Of a DNA stretch of 64,000 nucleotides, positions 9,421-19,328 are shown piece after piece. Under the pieces are notes generated by a model, which searched no databases, was not told the origin of the DNA, and worked only from the letters and a program-made list of their open reading frames with translations. The stretch's first letter is position 1; each line of letters begins with the position of its first letter. Location: assembly GCA_049515895.1 (NCBI GenBank), contig JBEKTQ010000007.1:64001-128000 (forward strand), given 5' to 3'. Origin of the DNA: Candidatus Bathyarchaeia archaeon. GTDB lineage: Archaea; Thermoproteota; Bathyarchaeia; Bathyarchaeales; Bathycorpusculaceae. The translations under genes and the position numbers were made by a program.

Positions 9421-10155
9421 ATGAAGCATGTTAAGATAACAGCGTTTGATTGCCCTGATGCATGGTTCAAAGCCTTAAAAAGCATATGGACTGAAGGAGA
9501 CGATTTCCAAGTTGGCTATGGCTCAGAGGAAACCATGACGAAGAAACTCAATTTAACCCTGGAGGTCAACCATCCCGAGAATCGTCCCCTTGTCAGTGAC
9601 AAGGCTCCATGTGACATGAAGTATGTCCAGTGGTACGCTTTGACATATTTGTGGTGCGGTGAAGGCAAGCAAGATGAAACCTACACGTACGGTAGCAGGT
9701 TACGGGAGCCCGTTGACCAAGTTGAAGAAGCCATCAACCGTTACGTGAAAGAGCAGCGAGACAGGCAAATAACAATGGTCGTAAGATTGCCTGACGATAT
9801 CAAATTGTTCTGTCCAGGCACGACTGAGCGCCACGAACCCCCCTGCCTAAGCCTGATTGACACGGAAATTCTCAACGGAAAAATGCACCTGACTTGCTAC
9901 TTCCGTAGCTGGGATGCCTACGCAGGGTTACCTGCAAACATTGCTGGACTGCAATTGTTCAATGAAGCCTTCGTGTCAGAGATTAACGAGCGGGGAAATC
10001 TTTGTTTGACAACGGGTAAACTGATTTTTCACTCCAAAAACTGCCATATCTACAAAAGGCAGTTCAACCTTATTAAGGAACTCTTTGAGCCCAAGGAAGC
10101 TTCAAGGACTGATCGAATGGCAAAAACCTTCAATGCCTGTGAAAAAGAAGAATAA
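9421..10155 (+). CDS. thyA: Thymidylate synthase (archaeal ThyA type)
   Basis: YTYGSRL, catalytic PPC, FRSWDAYAGLPAN, HIY motifs. Confidence 0.9.
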   Translation: MKHVKITAFDCPDAWFKALKSIWTEGDDFQVGYGSEETMTKKLNLTLEVNHPENRPLVSDKAPCDMKYVQWYALTYLWCGEGKQDETYTYGSRLREPVDQVEEAINRYVKEQRDRQITMVVRLPDDIKLFCPGTTERHEPPCLSLIDTEILNGKMHLTCYFRSWDAYAGLPANIAGLQLFNEAFVSEINERGNLCLTTGKLIFHSKNCHIYKRQFNLIKELFEPKEASRTDRMAKTFNACEKEE

Positions 10156-10162
10156 GCAACTG

Positions 10163-11539
10163 CTAAAGGTCCCGTTTTACCGGATAGCCAAGGTTTGTCC
10201 AAGCGTTCATGCCCCCAAGAACATTGCTGATGTTTCTGAAGTCTCCCCTTTCAAGTAAACTTGCTGCAATGCTGGAGCGGTTGCCTACGGAGCAAGTGAC
10301 TGCGATGGGCTTATCCCTGGGCAGGAAACCTGCTTTTTCTGGCAGGTCAGCGAAGAAAATTCGCGTTGCACCTTCCACAACGCCTTCCTCTTTCCACTCG
10401 TTTGGTTCACGAACATCCAAAAGAGCAACTTCACCCATGTCCAGTTTGTCTTTAAGTTCAAGAACAGACATTGTCCTCGTGCTGCTAAGGGGTTTGCCAG
10501 TTTCCTGCCACTCATTCATTCCTCCACATAGGTAACCGCACACGTTATCAAACCCGAGCCTGCGCAATCTCGGGGCAGCAATATCAATGTCGCTTGGTCG
10601 CTCATGAACGAAGATGAGGTATTGGTTGGTATCCAAGAGCCAGCCTGGGTAAACGCTCGTTCCGCCGAGCCACATGCTTAGCGAGTTGGGAATATGTGCG
10701 CCCGAATAAGCGTTGGGCTGCCGCGTGTCCATAACCATAACAAGAGGTTCTTGCATTTCATCCTCAAACTCCTGAAGCGAAAAAGGCTTGGGATACGACA
10801 GCTTACTCAGAAGAGGCGGACCATTCTGGTTGTATTCTTCCATTTTGCGGAAGTAACTCGGCACAACTAGCTCTTCACCCGTCGATTTCAGTACGAATTC
10901 TTCCTTGCTTAGACGTAAATACGGGTTGGTTTTCTTCTCGTAGCCGATGGCTGTTGACTCCTGCCCGCTTATACTCCGCCCGCAAATACTTCCTGCTCCA
11001 TGCCCAGGGTAAACAAGAACACCATCCTCAAGCGGCAGCAATTTCTCGTATAGGCTAACGTAAAGTTTTTCTGCTTGCCTTGGCTGGGCGGTTTTGCCGT
11101 AGAGGTCGGTTCTTCCGACTGAGCCAGCGAAAAGTGTGTCGCCGCTGAAAACCATCTCTATCTCGTTGCTGTCTGGCGAATAGGCAAGGTAACATATGGA
11201 TTCGTTTGTGTGCCCAGGCGTATGCAGCGCTTCGATCTTGACTTTGCCAACGTTTAAGGTGTCGCCGTCGGAGAGGTTGTGCTCTCCATACTTGAACTGC
11301 AGTGCGTTGCTGTGCCCGATTTCCGCCTCAGTCATATTTTGAAGTTCGAGCGAGCCTGTCACGTAATCTTCGTTTCTGTGGGTTTCAAGAATATACTTGA
11401 GTTTGGCGCATTCCTTTTGAGCAAGCTCAATATAGACGTCGCAGTCGCGCCTCGGGTCAATGACAGCTGCTTCGCCTTCGTCTGATAGGTAGTAGCTGTT
11501 ATGCGCTAAACCTTCCGACTTGATTATTTGCAGCTTCGT
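10163..11539 (-). CDS. MBL-fold metallohydrolase fused to two rhodanese domains
   Basis: HTPGHT, FSGDTLFAGSVGRTDL, YPGHGAGS and C-terminal rhodanese CSVGNRS; the frame extends upstream of the ORF-track start to ACG at 11539 (KLQIIKSEGLAHNSYY...ETHRNEDY). Confidence 0.9.
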   Translation of the reverse strand, partial: TKLQIIKSEGLAHNSYYLSDEGEAAVIDPRRDCDVYIELAQKECAKLKYILETHRNEDYVTGSLELQNMTEAEIGHSNALQFKYGEHNLSDGDTLNVGKVKIEALHTPGHTNESICYLAYSPDSNEIEMVFSGDTLFAGSVGRTDLYGKTAQPRQAEKLYVSLYEKLLPLEDGVLVYPGHGAGSICGRSISGQESTAIGYEKKTNPYLRLSKEEFVLKSTGEELVVPSYFRKMEEYNQNGPPLLSKLSYPKPFSLQEFEDEMQEPLVMVMDTRQPNAYSGAHIPNSLSMWLGGTSVYPGWLLDTNQYLIFVHERPSDIDIAAPRLRRLGFDNVCGYLCGGMNEWQETGKPLSSTRTMSVLELKDKLDMGEVALLDVREPNEWKEEGVVEGATRIFFADLPEKAGFLPRDKPIAVTCSVGNRSSIAASLLERGDFRNISNVLGGMNAWTNLGYPVKRDL

Positions 11540-11557
11540 ATGATTCGCCCACTGAGC

Positions 11558-12772
11558 TTATTGTTGCCAGTCTAACAGGCGCTTCTCGCCCTGCAGCATT
11601 TGGATGTCAGTTACATCTTGCACTACTTCCATCGTACCAAGGTACTTTCCCTCTCGATCGCGCACTGCGAAAAACCTGATGTGTACCATGCGTCCTGCCA
11701 TGTTAATCCAGAATTCAGCCACGCTCTTTTTTCCAGCCTTGAAAGATTCCACTATCCCGTTTACGGTGTCGATGCTTTGTGCTGGGTGGCAGTTTTGCAC
11801 TTTTCTGCCGATAATAGCTTTCGTACGCACAAAAATGATTTTCTCAGGCTTGTTAAAGTACCGAACAGTATCATGCTCATCGATGAACGTAATTTCAACA
11901 GGCAGCGCGTTAAGCAAACTGTCGAGCTGTTCTTTGGTTAGGTTGCCATTTTCAAACTGCATGATGCCAGTGGGCGTTGGCACCTGCGCTTCCTCAACGC
12001 GCTCTTTGGGCGCAAGCACTAGCTCAGGCGGTGTGAAGCAGCAGTAGCCGATGGCGTCGAATTCCTTGCGAACCTCAACCCATTCCTGCCGTGTCATAAC
12101 GCTTAGCGACGCTGGGAAAAGAATGTTGTTTTCTTTGTAGAAGTGGCTCGGCAAAAGGTTCCCCAATGTTTTCGCTGTCTCCCACAGGTCATTTTTGAAA
12201 GCTGCGTAGCCAGCTTCATTAAGCTCTACCATGAGCGCTTGAAGCTTCTTTTTCTGCTTCCTTATGTCGTCGTGTTCCATCCACATCACGGCTGGAGGCT
12301 CAACAATCCCGTGTTTTTCAAGCATGGGGAAAAGCACGTTTTCTTCCCTGAGATAGTGCTTTTCTGAATCAGCGAAGTCGCTGGCTAAATGTTCAACCTG
12401 ATGAATATCCTCGCTCACGTAACGCACGTCGTTAACTTTCAGTATCTTATTGGCCAGAACAACGAGGTCTTCAGCCATCTTGGTCATTATCTTATGCTCC
12501 TCCATGAGGATGCTGATAGGCTGGCTGGGTTTGAGGTTAAGGTTTTGTTTCTCGATTTGCTCCCTGAAAATAGCCATGTGGACGTCGCATAGTTTTCGCA
12601 TGTCCTCTCTTTTCAAGCCTTCTTTAACGAGTTCCTCCTCGATCTTGGCGATTTCCAAAGAATCTGTTCCTTCAAAGACAGTTCGGAATTTCTCCTTAAC
12701 TTGCTCGGGGGGCACTCCAGCGTGCAACTGCCGTATTGCCTCTTTAATCTGTGTTTTCTTATCTTCCGACAA
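11558..12772 (-). CDS. DUF438 + hemerythrin-like + PAS domain protein
   Basis: LCDVH (DUF438), EEH...HYLREENVLFP...EH...KENNILFP (hemerythrin-like), C-terminal PAS with IGRKVQNCHP. Confidence 0.9.
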   Translation of the reverse strand: MSEDKKTQIKEAIRQLHAGVPPEQVKEKFRTVFEGTDSLEIAKIEEELVKEGLKREDMRKLCDVHMAIFREQIEKQNLNLKPSQPISILMEEHKIMTKMAEDLVVLANKILKVNDVRYVSEDIHQVEHLASDFADSEKHYLREENVLFPMLEKHGIVEPPAVMWMEHDDIRKQKKKLQALMVELNEAGYAAFKNDLWETAKTLGNLLPSHFYKENNILFPASLSVMTRQEWVEVRKEFDAIGYCCFTPPELVLAPKERVEEAQVPTPTGIMQFENGNLTKEQLDSLLNALPVEITFIDEHDTVRYFNKPEKIIFVRTKAIIGRKVQNCHPAQSIDTVNGIVESFKAGKKSVAEFWINMAGRMVHIRFFAVRDREGKYLGTMEVVQDVTDIQMLQGEKRLLDWQQ

Positions 12773-12881
12773 AAGCCGTTACCTCTGCAAATATATCAAA
12801 AAGCTAAGGATTTATTCCTTTCCAAAAAGGATCGAGCAAGGTTTTAAAGGTCACTTTTAACTAGAATGATTAGGGAAATCA

Positions 12882-13397
12882 ATGGGTTACTTTGAGAAGT
12901 GGAAAGTGCTTGAGGACCTTATGCGAGAGCTTCGGAGAAAAGGCCTCGAGACTCCTCCAAATGTTATTAACGATTTAAGAAGCGCTAAGATGATGATCAA
13001 AATCGCTGAGGCGGAAGAAAGCCGGGGTGATGTCGTTTTGAAGCTGGAGGAAATCCTCGGCAGCGTCGAATTAGACCTTATGGCAGAAGCACAAACTGTC
13101 CTTAGCGCCGAAGAAGTTGATGAGTGGCTCAGACGCCTTGACGAAGCCAGTTTGACAACATGCGAAATAAAAGGTGAAAGGGAAACCACCTTGATCACAG
13201 GGATTCCAAGAGACCAGAAATGGATAAGAGTAGAGCCCATACCCAACTTGCCTCCAGAGAAGCTTACAGTGATAGCTAAGGAAAACAGCCTTTCAGTGAA
13301 CCTGCAAAAGGACGGCCGGCTAGTAGTTTACGGTCAACAGGAAAGCATCAAGGCATTTCTTAAGAAAATGACGGAGGAGGCGCAGTCAAAAGAATAA
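12882..13397 (+). CDS. DUF2096-family protein
   Basis: WKVLEDLMRELRRKG...INDLRSAK N-terminus typical of archaeal DUF2096. Confidence 0.75.
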   Translation: MGYFEKWKVLEDLMRELRRKGLETPPNVINDLRSAKMMIKIAEAEESRGDVVLKLEEILGSVELDLMAEAQTVLSAEEVDEWLRRLDEASLTTCEIKGERETTLITGIPRDQKWIRVEPIPNLPPEKLTVIAKENSLSVNLQKDGRLVVYGQQESIKAFLKKMTEEAQSKE

Positions 13398-13465
13398 AAC
13401 TGCCAGATAGTCAGCGATCGATTTAGTGTTTTTGTTTCGATATGTTTTTTACGTAAAGTTCGCTA

Positions 13466-14728
13466 GTGTGCATCACTGTGACCATTGTGGTGAAGCTTAA
13501 GGGATTCCAAAAATTAACATTGACCGACAAAGCCCTGCAAACATGGCTTGAGACACTGCAAATTGGCAAGCCTAAGTCCGAATTAGTGTCTTTGCAGGAT
13601 GCGTCAGGGCGTATTTTAGCTGAAGACCTAGTCGCTCAGGAAAGTTTGCCGCGGTTTGACAAGTCAGCCATGGATGGGTACGCGCTGAACTCTGGGGATT
13701 CAGCCGGTGCTTCACAATCTAAGCCCTCAGTTTTCCAGTTAACCGACAGCCCTGAGCTGGGACCCAAGCAAGCCAAGCAGGTTTGGACTGGAAACCCAAT
13801 TCCGAAAGGCGCCGATGCCGTTATCATGCTTGAAAACACCCAGAAAAAAGAAGGCAAACTTGAGGTTTGGAGTCGTCTTGTTCCAGGCGAAAACGTCGCC
13901 AAAATCGGTGAAGACCTTAAAAAAGGCACTCTTGTGGTTAAGGGTGGCGCTCGCTTGAACCCCTACCACATAGGCTTGGCTGCTGCCTTGGGTTATCGCC
14001 AACTGAAAGTGGCCGCCAAACCGAAGATAGGCATAGTCGCTACAGGAAACGAGCTTGCAGAGGCAGGAAAGAAGCTTAGCGGCAGCATGATTTTCGATTC
14101 AAACAAAGTTATGATTTCAACCATGTGCTCAGAACTCGGCACAGAAACAACCGACTTTGGCATCGCAAGAGACGACGTGGATGAAATAGCCGAAAAAATC
14201 CGCGAGGCGCTTAAAACGCAGGACGCTGTTGTTACCACCGGCGGCACGAGCGTTGGCGGATTAGACTTGGTGCCTGATGCTGTCAACAAGCTTGGAAAGC
14301 CAGGAGTAGTTATTCACGGCGTCGCACTTAGACCTGCGATGCCAACGGCACTAGCCATGCTCGAAAGTAAACCCGTTTTGATTTTGTCCGGTAACCCCGT
14401 TGCGGCAATTGTCGGTTTTGAAGTATTCGGGCGGCCGATGGTTTGTAGGCTGCTCGGCATGAGTGAAACGGAGCCAAGACCCATGTTGAAAGCTGTTCTG
14501 TCAAGAAGAGTTGCGAGTGCCTTGGGAAGAAAAACCTACGTTCGAGTCCGAGTGACCTTGAAGGAAGGCGAGTTTTACGCTGAGCCGGTCAGCGCGAAGG
14601 GTTCGGGTTCAATTTCCACCATGACGCAGAGTAATGGTTTCGTAGTTGTACCTGAAAATCGCGAAGGTGTAAGCGAAGGCGAAACTGTTATCGTGCACAT
14701 GTTTGGCGCCTTGGAGGCTGAGTCCTGA
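13466..14728 (+). CDS. moeA: Molybdopterin molybdotransferase MoeA
   Basis: PRFDKSAMDGYA, TGNEL, TTGGTSVG, LSGNPVAA; true start probably GTG 13487 or 13490. Confidence 0.95.
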   Translation: MCITVTIVVKLKGFQKLTLTDKALQTWLETLQIGKPKSELVSLQDASGRILAEDLVAQESLPRFDKSAMDGYALNSGDSAGASQSKPSVFQLTDSPELGPKQAKQVWTGNPIPKGADAVIMLENTQKKEGKLEVWSRLVPGENVAKIGEDLKKGTLVVKGGARLNPYHIGLAAALGYRQLKVAAKPKIGIVATGNELAEAGKKLSGSMIFDSNKVMISTMCSELGTETTDFGIARDDVDEIAEKIREALKTQDAVVTTGGTSVGGLDLVPDAVNKLGKPGVVIHGVALRPAMPTALAMLESKPVLILSGNPVAAIVGFEVFGRPMVCRLLGMSETEPRPMLKAVLSRRVASALGRKTYVRVRVTLKEGEFYAEPVSAKGSGSISTMTQSNGFVVVPENREGVSEGETVIVHMFGALEAES

Positions 14729-15979
14729 GTGTTTAGGAAACTTATGACCTTTGAAGAAGCCCAAAGAGCCATTGCATCCCAGTTTAAGCCCCCAGCTTTG
14801 GGCGAAGAAGAAGCGGTGCTTCTTGAAGCTTATAATCGCGTCCTATCCGAAGACGTGGTTTCAGCCCTTGATATTCCACCGTTCAGCCGCTCTACCATGG
14901 ACGGGTACGCTGTGAAAGCCGAGGACACTTTCGGGGCTGACGAAAACCAGCCAGCAATCCTCAAAGTTGCAGGCGTTGTAAGCGTTGGGGAGCAGCCTCA
15001 AGTTAAGGTTGGTAAGAGTGAAGCGGTTGAAATTGTCACTGGAGCGCCGATTCCTGACGGCGCCGACGCAGTGGTTATGATTGAGGACACCGAACGGGAA
15101 GACAGCGAACTACACGTTTTCAGCCCCGTCACTCCGAACGAGAATATCATGAAACGCGGCTCAGACATAAAAATGGGCGAGTCCGTGCTCAAGAAGGGGC
15201 AGCTTTTGGGTTCTTCAGAGATTGGTGTTTTGGCAGCTTTGGGTTTGACGAAGGTTAAAGTCTCAAAGGTTCCCATGGTTGCCGTTTTATCGACAGGCGG
15301 CGAAGTAACCGAGCCGGGGAAGCCTTTGCCTCCGGGAAAAATTTACGATATCAACGCTTACAGCATCAGTACAGCAGTGGTGGAAAGCGGCGGCAAACCC
15401 GTTTATTTCGGCGTCGTAACGGACGACAAAGAGGCTTTGTCTAAGGCTTTACATGCGGCATTAGCTTCTGCTGACATGGTAATCACTTCAGGCGGCGTCT
15501 CTGTGGGTCCGCGGGATTATACTCCGCAAATCGTGGATTCGCTGGGAAAACCGGGCATTGTAGTTTACGGCATCGCCGTCAAGCCGGGCAAACCGACCAC
15601 TGTTGGGTTCGTCGGGGATAAACCTGTTTTTTCTCTGCCGGGTCATCCCACGTCAGCGTTACTGATTTTTTATTTGCTGGCTAGACCCTTGATCCAGCAG
15701 TTGGCTGGCCGACCAGTTGCCGCGATGAAAACGGTTCGCGCCGCTGCTGGATCACGAATGTTTAGCGCTAAAGGAAGGCGAACGTTCGTTATGGTTAGGT
15801 TGATGTTTGATAAAAGCTGCCGTTTGATCGCTGAGCCAGTTGAATCTGGCGCTTCGGGAGCAATCACTACGCTGGCGAAGGCAGACGGGTTCGTTGAGAT
15901 TCCTGAAAATGAGCAGTTTGTCGATGCAGACGAAGATGTCGCGGTCTTTCTTTTTCGTAGCGTACCTGGTAAAGCTTAG
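14729..15979 (+). CDS. moeA: Molybdopterin molybdotransferase MoeA (second paralog)
   Basis: PPFSRSTMDGYAV, TSGGVSVG, KPGKP, LPGHPTS. Confidence 0.95.
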   Translation: MFRKLMTFEEAQRAIASQFKPPALGEEEAVLLEAYNRVLSEDVVSALDIPPFSRSTMDGYAVKAEDTFGADENQPAILKVAGVVSVGEQPQVKVGKSEAVEIVTGAPIPDGADAVVMIEDTEREDSELHVFSPVTPNENIMKRGSDIKMGESVLKKGQLLGSSEIGVLAALGLTKVKVSKVPMVAVLSTGGEVTEPGKPLPPGKIYDINAYSISTAVVESGGKPVYFGVVTDDKEALSKALHAALASADMVITSGGVSVGPRDYTPQIVDSLGKPGIVVYGIAVKPGKPTTVGFVGDKPVFSLPGHPTSALLIFYLLARPLIQQLAGRPVAAMKTVRAAAGSRMFSAKGRRTFVMVRLMFDKSCRLIAEPVESGASGAITTLAKADGFVEIPENEQFVDADEDVAVFLFRSVPGKA

Positions 15980-16172
15980 GGTCTAGGAAGGCTTTCGTTT
16001 TCTTTACATAAAGCCGTATTTGTTCAGAACTTTTCTTGCCGTTTTAGAAATTCTTGTTTCTTCTAATTGTTCATGCAAATAAGCAAGAAACGCTTGAATT
16101 AAAACAGCCTTTGTGGTTAATCCAAAAGTTATTTAACAGTCAAAAGGCCACTGGGTTCAAGAAACTTTGGCT

Positions 16173-16556
16173 CTAAGGTTTTCTTCTTATCAACAGGAGA
16201 TAGATGGCGAAAACCCAAGTAAGCACCAGGTAGCCAACCATGGATAAGCCTATCAATGCGTTGCTGAATCCTGCCACAACCAACGTGTAGAGGGTGAAGG
16301 TTGAAGCGGCTACGAACAGGATGAATATTAGCCACGGAGCCCAACCCCGTTTTGTGAAGACCCCGTAAGCCACTATTAGGCTTAGGATTCCCAACAGCCC
16401 AAGCTGTGGCGCATAGCTTGCGAAAGGAAGCGAAACCAAAAGGATTATTCCACTGAGTGCGTAGAAAGCTAATGCTATCAGCTCGATGCGGTTAAGGTCT
16501 TTCAGTCTAGACGCTAAAGCTAAAGACATTTTTGTGCTCGCCTTTACCTTATGCAT
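16173..16556 (-). CDS. Small four-TM membrane protein
   Basis: Four hydrophobic segments; likely start ATG 16529. Confidence 0.75.
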   Translation of the reverse strand: MHKVKASTKMSLALASRLKDLNRIELIALAFYALSGIILLVSLPFASYAPQLGLLGILSLIVAYGVFTKRGWAPWLIFILFVAASTFTLYTLVVAGFSNALIGLSMVGYLVLTWVFAIYLLLIRRKP

Positions 16557-16598
16557 TAAGGGTATAACTAATAAGTTTTTGCGGTAACGAACAAGGAG

Positions 16599-17576
16599 CT
16601 AACTGGCTTTTTCCCTCTGCAAATAACCTCTCCGCCTAACCACGAAGACACTTCCCAGTCCAGCGACAGCAACAATGAGCAAAACCACGAACAGGTCAAA
16701 TCCAAAGTTCGAGTCCGATGACGTTTGGGAAGGCGGTGTTACATGCGCTTTGGTCTCTACAGGTGCAGGCATTCCGCTTGGGAAGATGCTGAAAGCCAAA
16801 GGGTTCACGAGTGGGTGGTTATCTTGGATTAAACGCTCGTAGCTGGAGTTGTAGCTGTAGGGCGTATCCCATACTCCTGTTGAACCCAACTGCGAAGCCT
16901 TCGGGTACCTTGCTGTGTATTCTGCCCAGTAGTTACCGTCAACTGTTTCGCCGCCGCCTATCTCCAAGCTTACGCCGCCTGCCAAGTTGTTGTGTATTAT
17001 CGTGTTGCAGCTGCTGCCGAAATGCATATAGACTGCTGGGTCCCCGCTGATGGTGCAGCATGAGACGTTGTTGCCTCCGCATGCCCAGAAGAAGACCCCG
17101 CCTTGTAAGCCGTTTATGGTGTTTGCGATGTAGTCATTGCAGATTGTGTCATTGCCGCCTCCGCTAGCGTCTATGCTGAAATCGAAGTTTATTATTGCCA
17201 GATTCTTGATGGTGACGTTCCAGATTTCGTCTGGTCCCGGTATTCTTGTCACGTTGTTTGAGAGGTCGATTCCTGCGCTTCTCAGGGTTCCGTCCCCATT
17301 TAAGGCGTAACCCGCGCCGTTAATGACTATGTTACTCCGATGCACCACGATGACACCTGAAAAGTTGCCTGTCAAAGTGTAAACGTTTCCGTTGCGGGCA
17401 AGAGGCACATCTGACGGCTGAACGCTTCCATCGGAATTGATGCCGATGACGTTTGTAGAGGTTTGGGCTTGGGCGAAAAGATTCGGCAGGCTTGAGAAGC
17501 TGAGGAGGAACAGGATTAGGAGAGCGCAACAGGTTTTCCGCATATTTCCACGCAATGCAGTATTGCGTACGATCAT
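16599..17576 (-). CDS. Secreted NosD/CASH-like parallel beta-helix protein with C-terminal membrane anchor
   Basis: Signal peptide, NIVINGAGYALNG, NVTIKNL, GNYW...DNHPL motif, C-terminal TM followed by basic residues. Confidence 0.8.
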   Translation of the reverse strand: MIVRNTALRGNMRKTCCALLILFLLSFSSLPNLFAQAQTSTNVIGINSDGSVQPSDVPLARNGNVYTLTGNFSGVIVVHRSNIVINGAGYALNGDGTLRSAGIDLSNNVTRIPGPDEIWNVTIKNLAIINFDFSIDASGGGNDTICNDYIANTINGLQGGVFFWACGGNNVSCCTISGDPAVYMHFGSSCNTIIHNNLAGGVSLEIGGGETVDGNYWAEYTARYPKASQLGSTGVWDTPYSYNSSYERLIQDNHPLVNPLAFSIFPSGMPAPVETKAHVTPPSQTSSDSNFGFDLFVVLLIVAVAGLGSVFVVRRRGYLQREKAS

Positions 17577-17713
17577 ATTACTCTCCCCGAGGAACGAAGT
17601 GTTCTCCTAAAAGAACAGGCTTGCCTCCACAATCAGGGCTTGGTAGCGGGGGAGAGCGAAAAAGTTTAGAACCCGTCTTGATGCAGATACATTCAGAAGA
17701 GGATTGAAGTTTC

Positions 17714-18613
17714 ATGAGTTATCTTGAGTTGTTCGCGTCTCAAACCAACGTTTTCAGCGGCGTCCAGAAAACCTTTGATGAGGCGAAATACATACTTTTC
17801 GGCGTGCCTTTTGACGCCACCAGCTCCTACCGTGACGGGGCAAGGTTTGCTCCAGCCGCAATCAGGCAGGCGTCCCAGAACATTGAAACCTACAGTTTCC
17901 GCAGCGGAATCGACGTTGAAGATTTAGCGTTGCATGACGCAGGCGACTTGGGGGCATCGATGGAAGCAGCGAAGACAGTGGACATGACCCGTCTTGTGGT
18001 CGACGAAATTTTGGTGGCTGGCAAGGTTCCCGTGGCTTTAGGCGGGGAACACACGATTACGCTCGGGGCAGCCAAAGGTTTAGGCGCCAAGGCGGCAAAA
18101 ACAGCAATCGTAAGCTTCGACGCGCATTTGGATTTGCGCTGCGAGTTCTTAGGCTCAACCCTTTCCCACACCACGTTTATGCAGCTCATTTGCGAGGAAG
18201 TTAAGCCCGCGAAGATTGTTGAGGTTGGCACCCGCAGCGCTTGCAAGGAAGAATTGGCTTACGCGAAGAAGGCGGGTGTCGATTTTTTCACCTCTCAAGA
18301 AATCCTCAAGCAAGGCTCATTGCTCATAGGCGAGCAGCTTAAAGAGAAGCTTCTGCCCTACGAAAACCTGTACTTGACCGTGGATATGGATGTGCTTGAC
18401 CCTGCATTTGCCCCGGCAGTGCAGAACCCCGAACCCGAAGGAATTAGCACAACCCAGTTGATTGACCTTGCCTGTGCCTTATGCGACAAACGGGTACTCG
18501 GCTTTGACGTAGTCGAGATTGTGCCGATCTACGACCTGGGAATCTTAGCGATTGCAGCGGCCAAAGTTGTCTTTGAAATGCTTTGCCAACTGGAAAAAAA
18601 CCGTAGACTTTAG
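17714..18613 (+). CDS. speB: Agmatinase
   Basis: GVPFDATSSYRDGARFAP, GGEHTIT, DAHLD, DMDVLDP ureohydrolase motifs. Confidence 0.95.
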   Translation: MSYLELFASQTNVFSGVQKTFDEAKYILFGVPFDATSSYRDGARFAPAAIRQASQNIETYSFRSGIDVEDLALHDAGDLGASMEAAKTVDMTRLVVDEILVAGKVPVALGGEHTITLGAAKGLGAKAAKTAIVSFDAHLDLRCEFLGSTLSHTTFMQLICEEVKPAKIVEVGTRSACKEELAYAKKAGVDFFTSQEILKQGSLLIGEQLKEKLLPYENLYLTVDMDVLDPAFAPAVQNPEPEGISTTQLIDLACALCDKRVLGFDVVEIVPIYDLGILAIAAAKVVFEMLCQLEKNRRL

Positions 18614-18623
18614 TCCCTTACCA

Positions 18624-19328
18624 ATGCAATTGCGAAGCCGTCTTTGCATACTGCGGGAGTTAAAGAAGAAAAATCTGAAGATGAACGAAATCGCTCGTCG
18701 ACTTGACGTTACCCCGACAGAAGCTTTCAGGCAGCTGGAGCGACTTAGCACCGCTATGTTGGTTCAGAGGCAACCTGACGGCACCTTCGTGCTTGCCGAG
18801 TACGGCAAAATAGTGCTTCAGATTTCCACTTCCCTGGCTTTTCTCTCTAAGTACAAAGAGTATTTTTCAACGCATGATTTGATGAGGCTTCCTATCCAAT
18901 TCGTGAACAGACTGGGCGAGCTTGCAGGTGCAAAGTTGGAAATGGACACAATTGAGAGCTTGAATAAGGGTGCGAAATGGTTTAGTGAAGCCAAACCGTA
19001 CGCGTGGGGAATAGGCGAAGGCACCATTCCAGAGCACATGATTCCTGTGATGAATCAGCAGGTTCAACGGGGAATTCAGGTCAAAATGCTTATCCCAACG
19101 GAACTTTTGCCTGCCGTAAGTCAGCCTGGAACAACGAAAAATGTGGAAGCACGAGGCTTATCTGACCTCTCTGGAATAGTCGCCTTTAAAGAAGAGATGG
19201 CTGGCATATGCTTCCGCCAACTTGGAGGGAGAATTGACTATGCGGGCTTTTTCGGCAGCGACCCCGTCTTCCGCAATTGGGTTAAAGACCTGTTCCTGTA
19301 TTATTGGGGCAAAGCAAAAAGAGTATAA
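18624..19328 (+). CDS. ArsR-type wHTH regulator with DUF1724-like C-terminal domain; 5' end possibly truncated
   Basis: SRLCILRELKKKNLKMNEIARRLDVTPTEAFRQLERL, C-terminal GRIDY...WVKDLFLYYW. Confidence 0.75.
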   Translation: MQLRSRLCILRELKKKNLKMNEIARRLDVTPTEAFRQLERLSTAMLVQRQPDGTFVLAEYGKIVLQISTSLAFLSKYKEYFSTHDLMRLPIQFVNRLGELAGAKLEMDTIESLNKGAKWFSEAKPYAWGIGEGTIPEHMIPVMNQQVQRGIQVKMLIPTELLPAVSQPGTTKNVEARGLSDLSGIVAFKEEMAGICFRQLGGRIDYAGFFGSDPVFRNWVKDLFLYYWGKAKRV

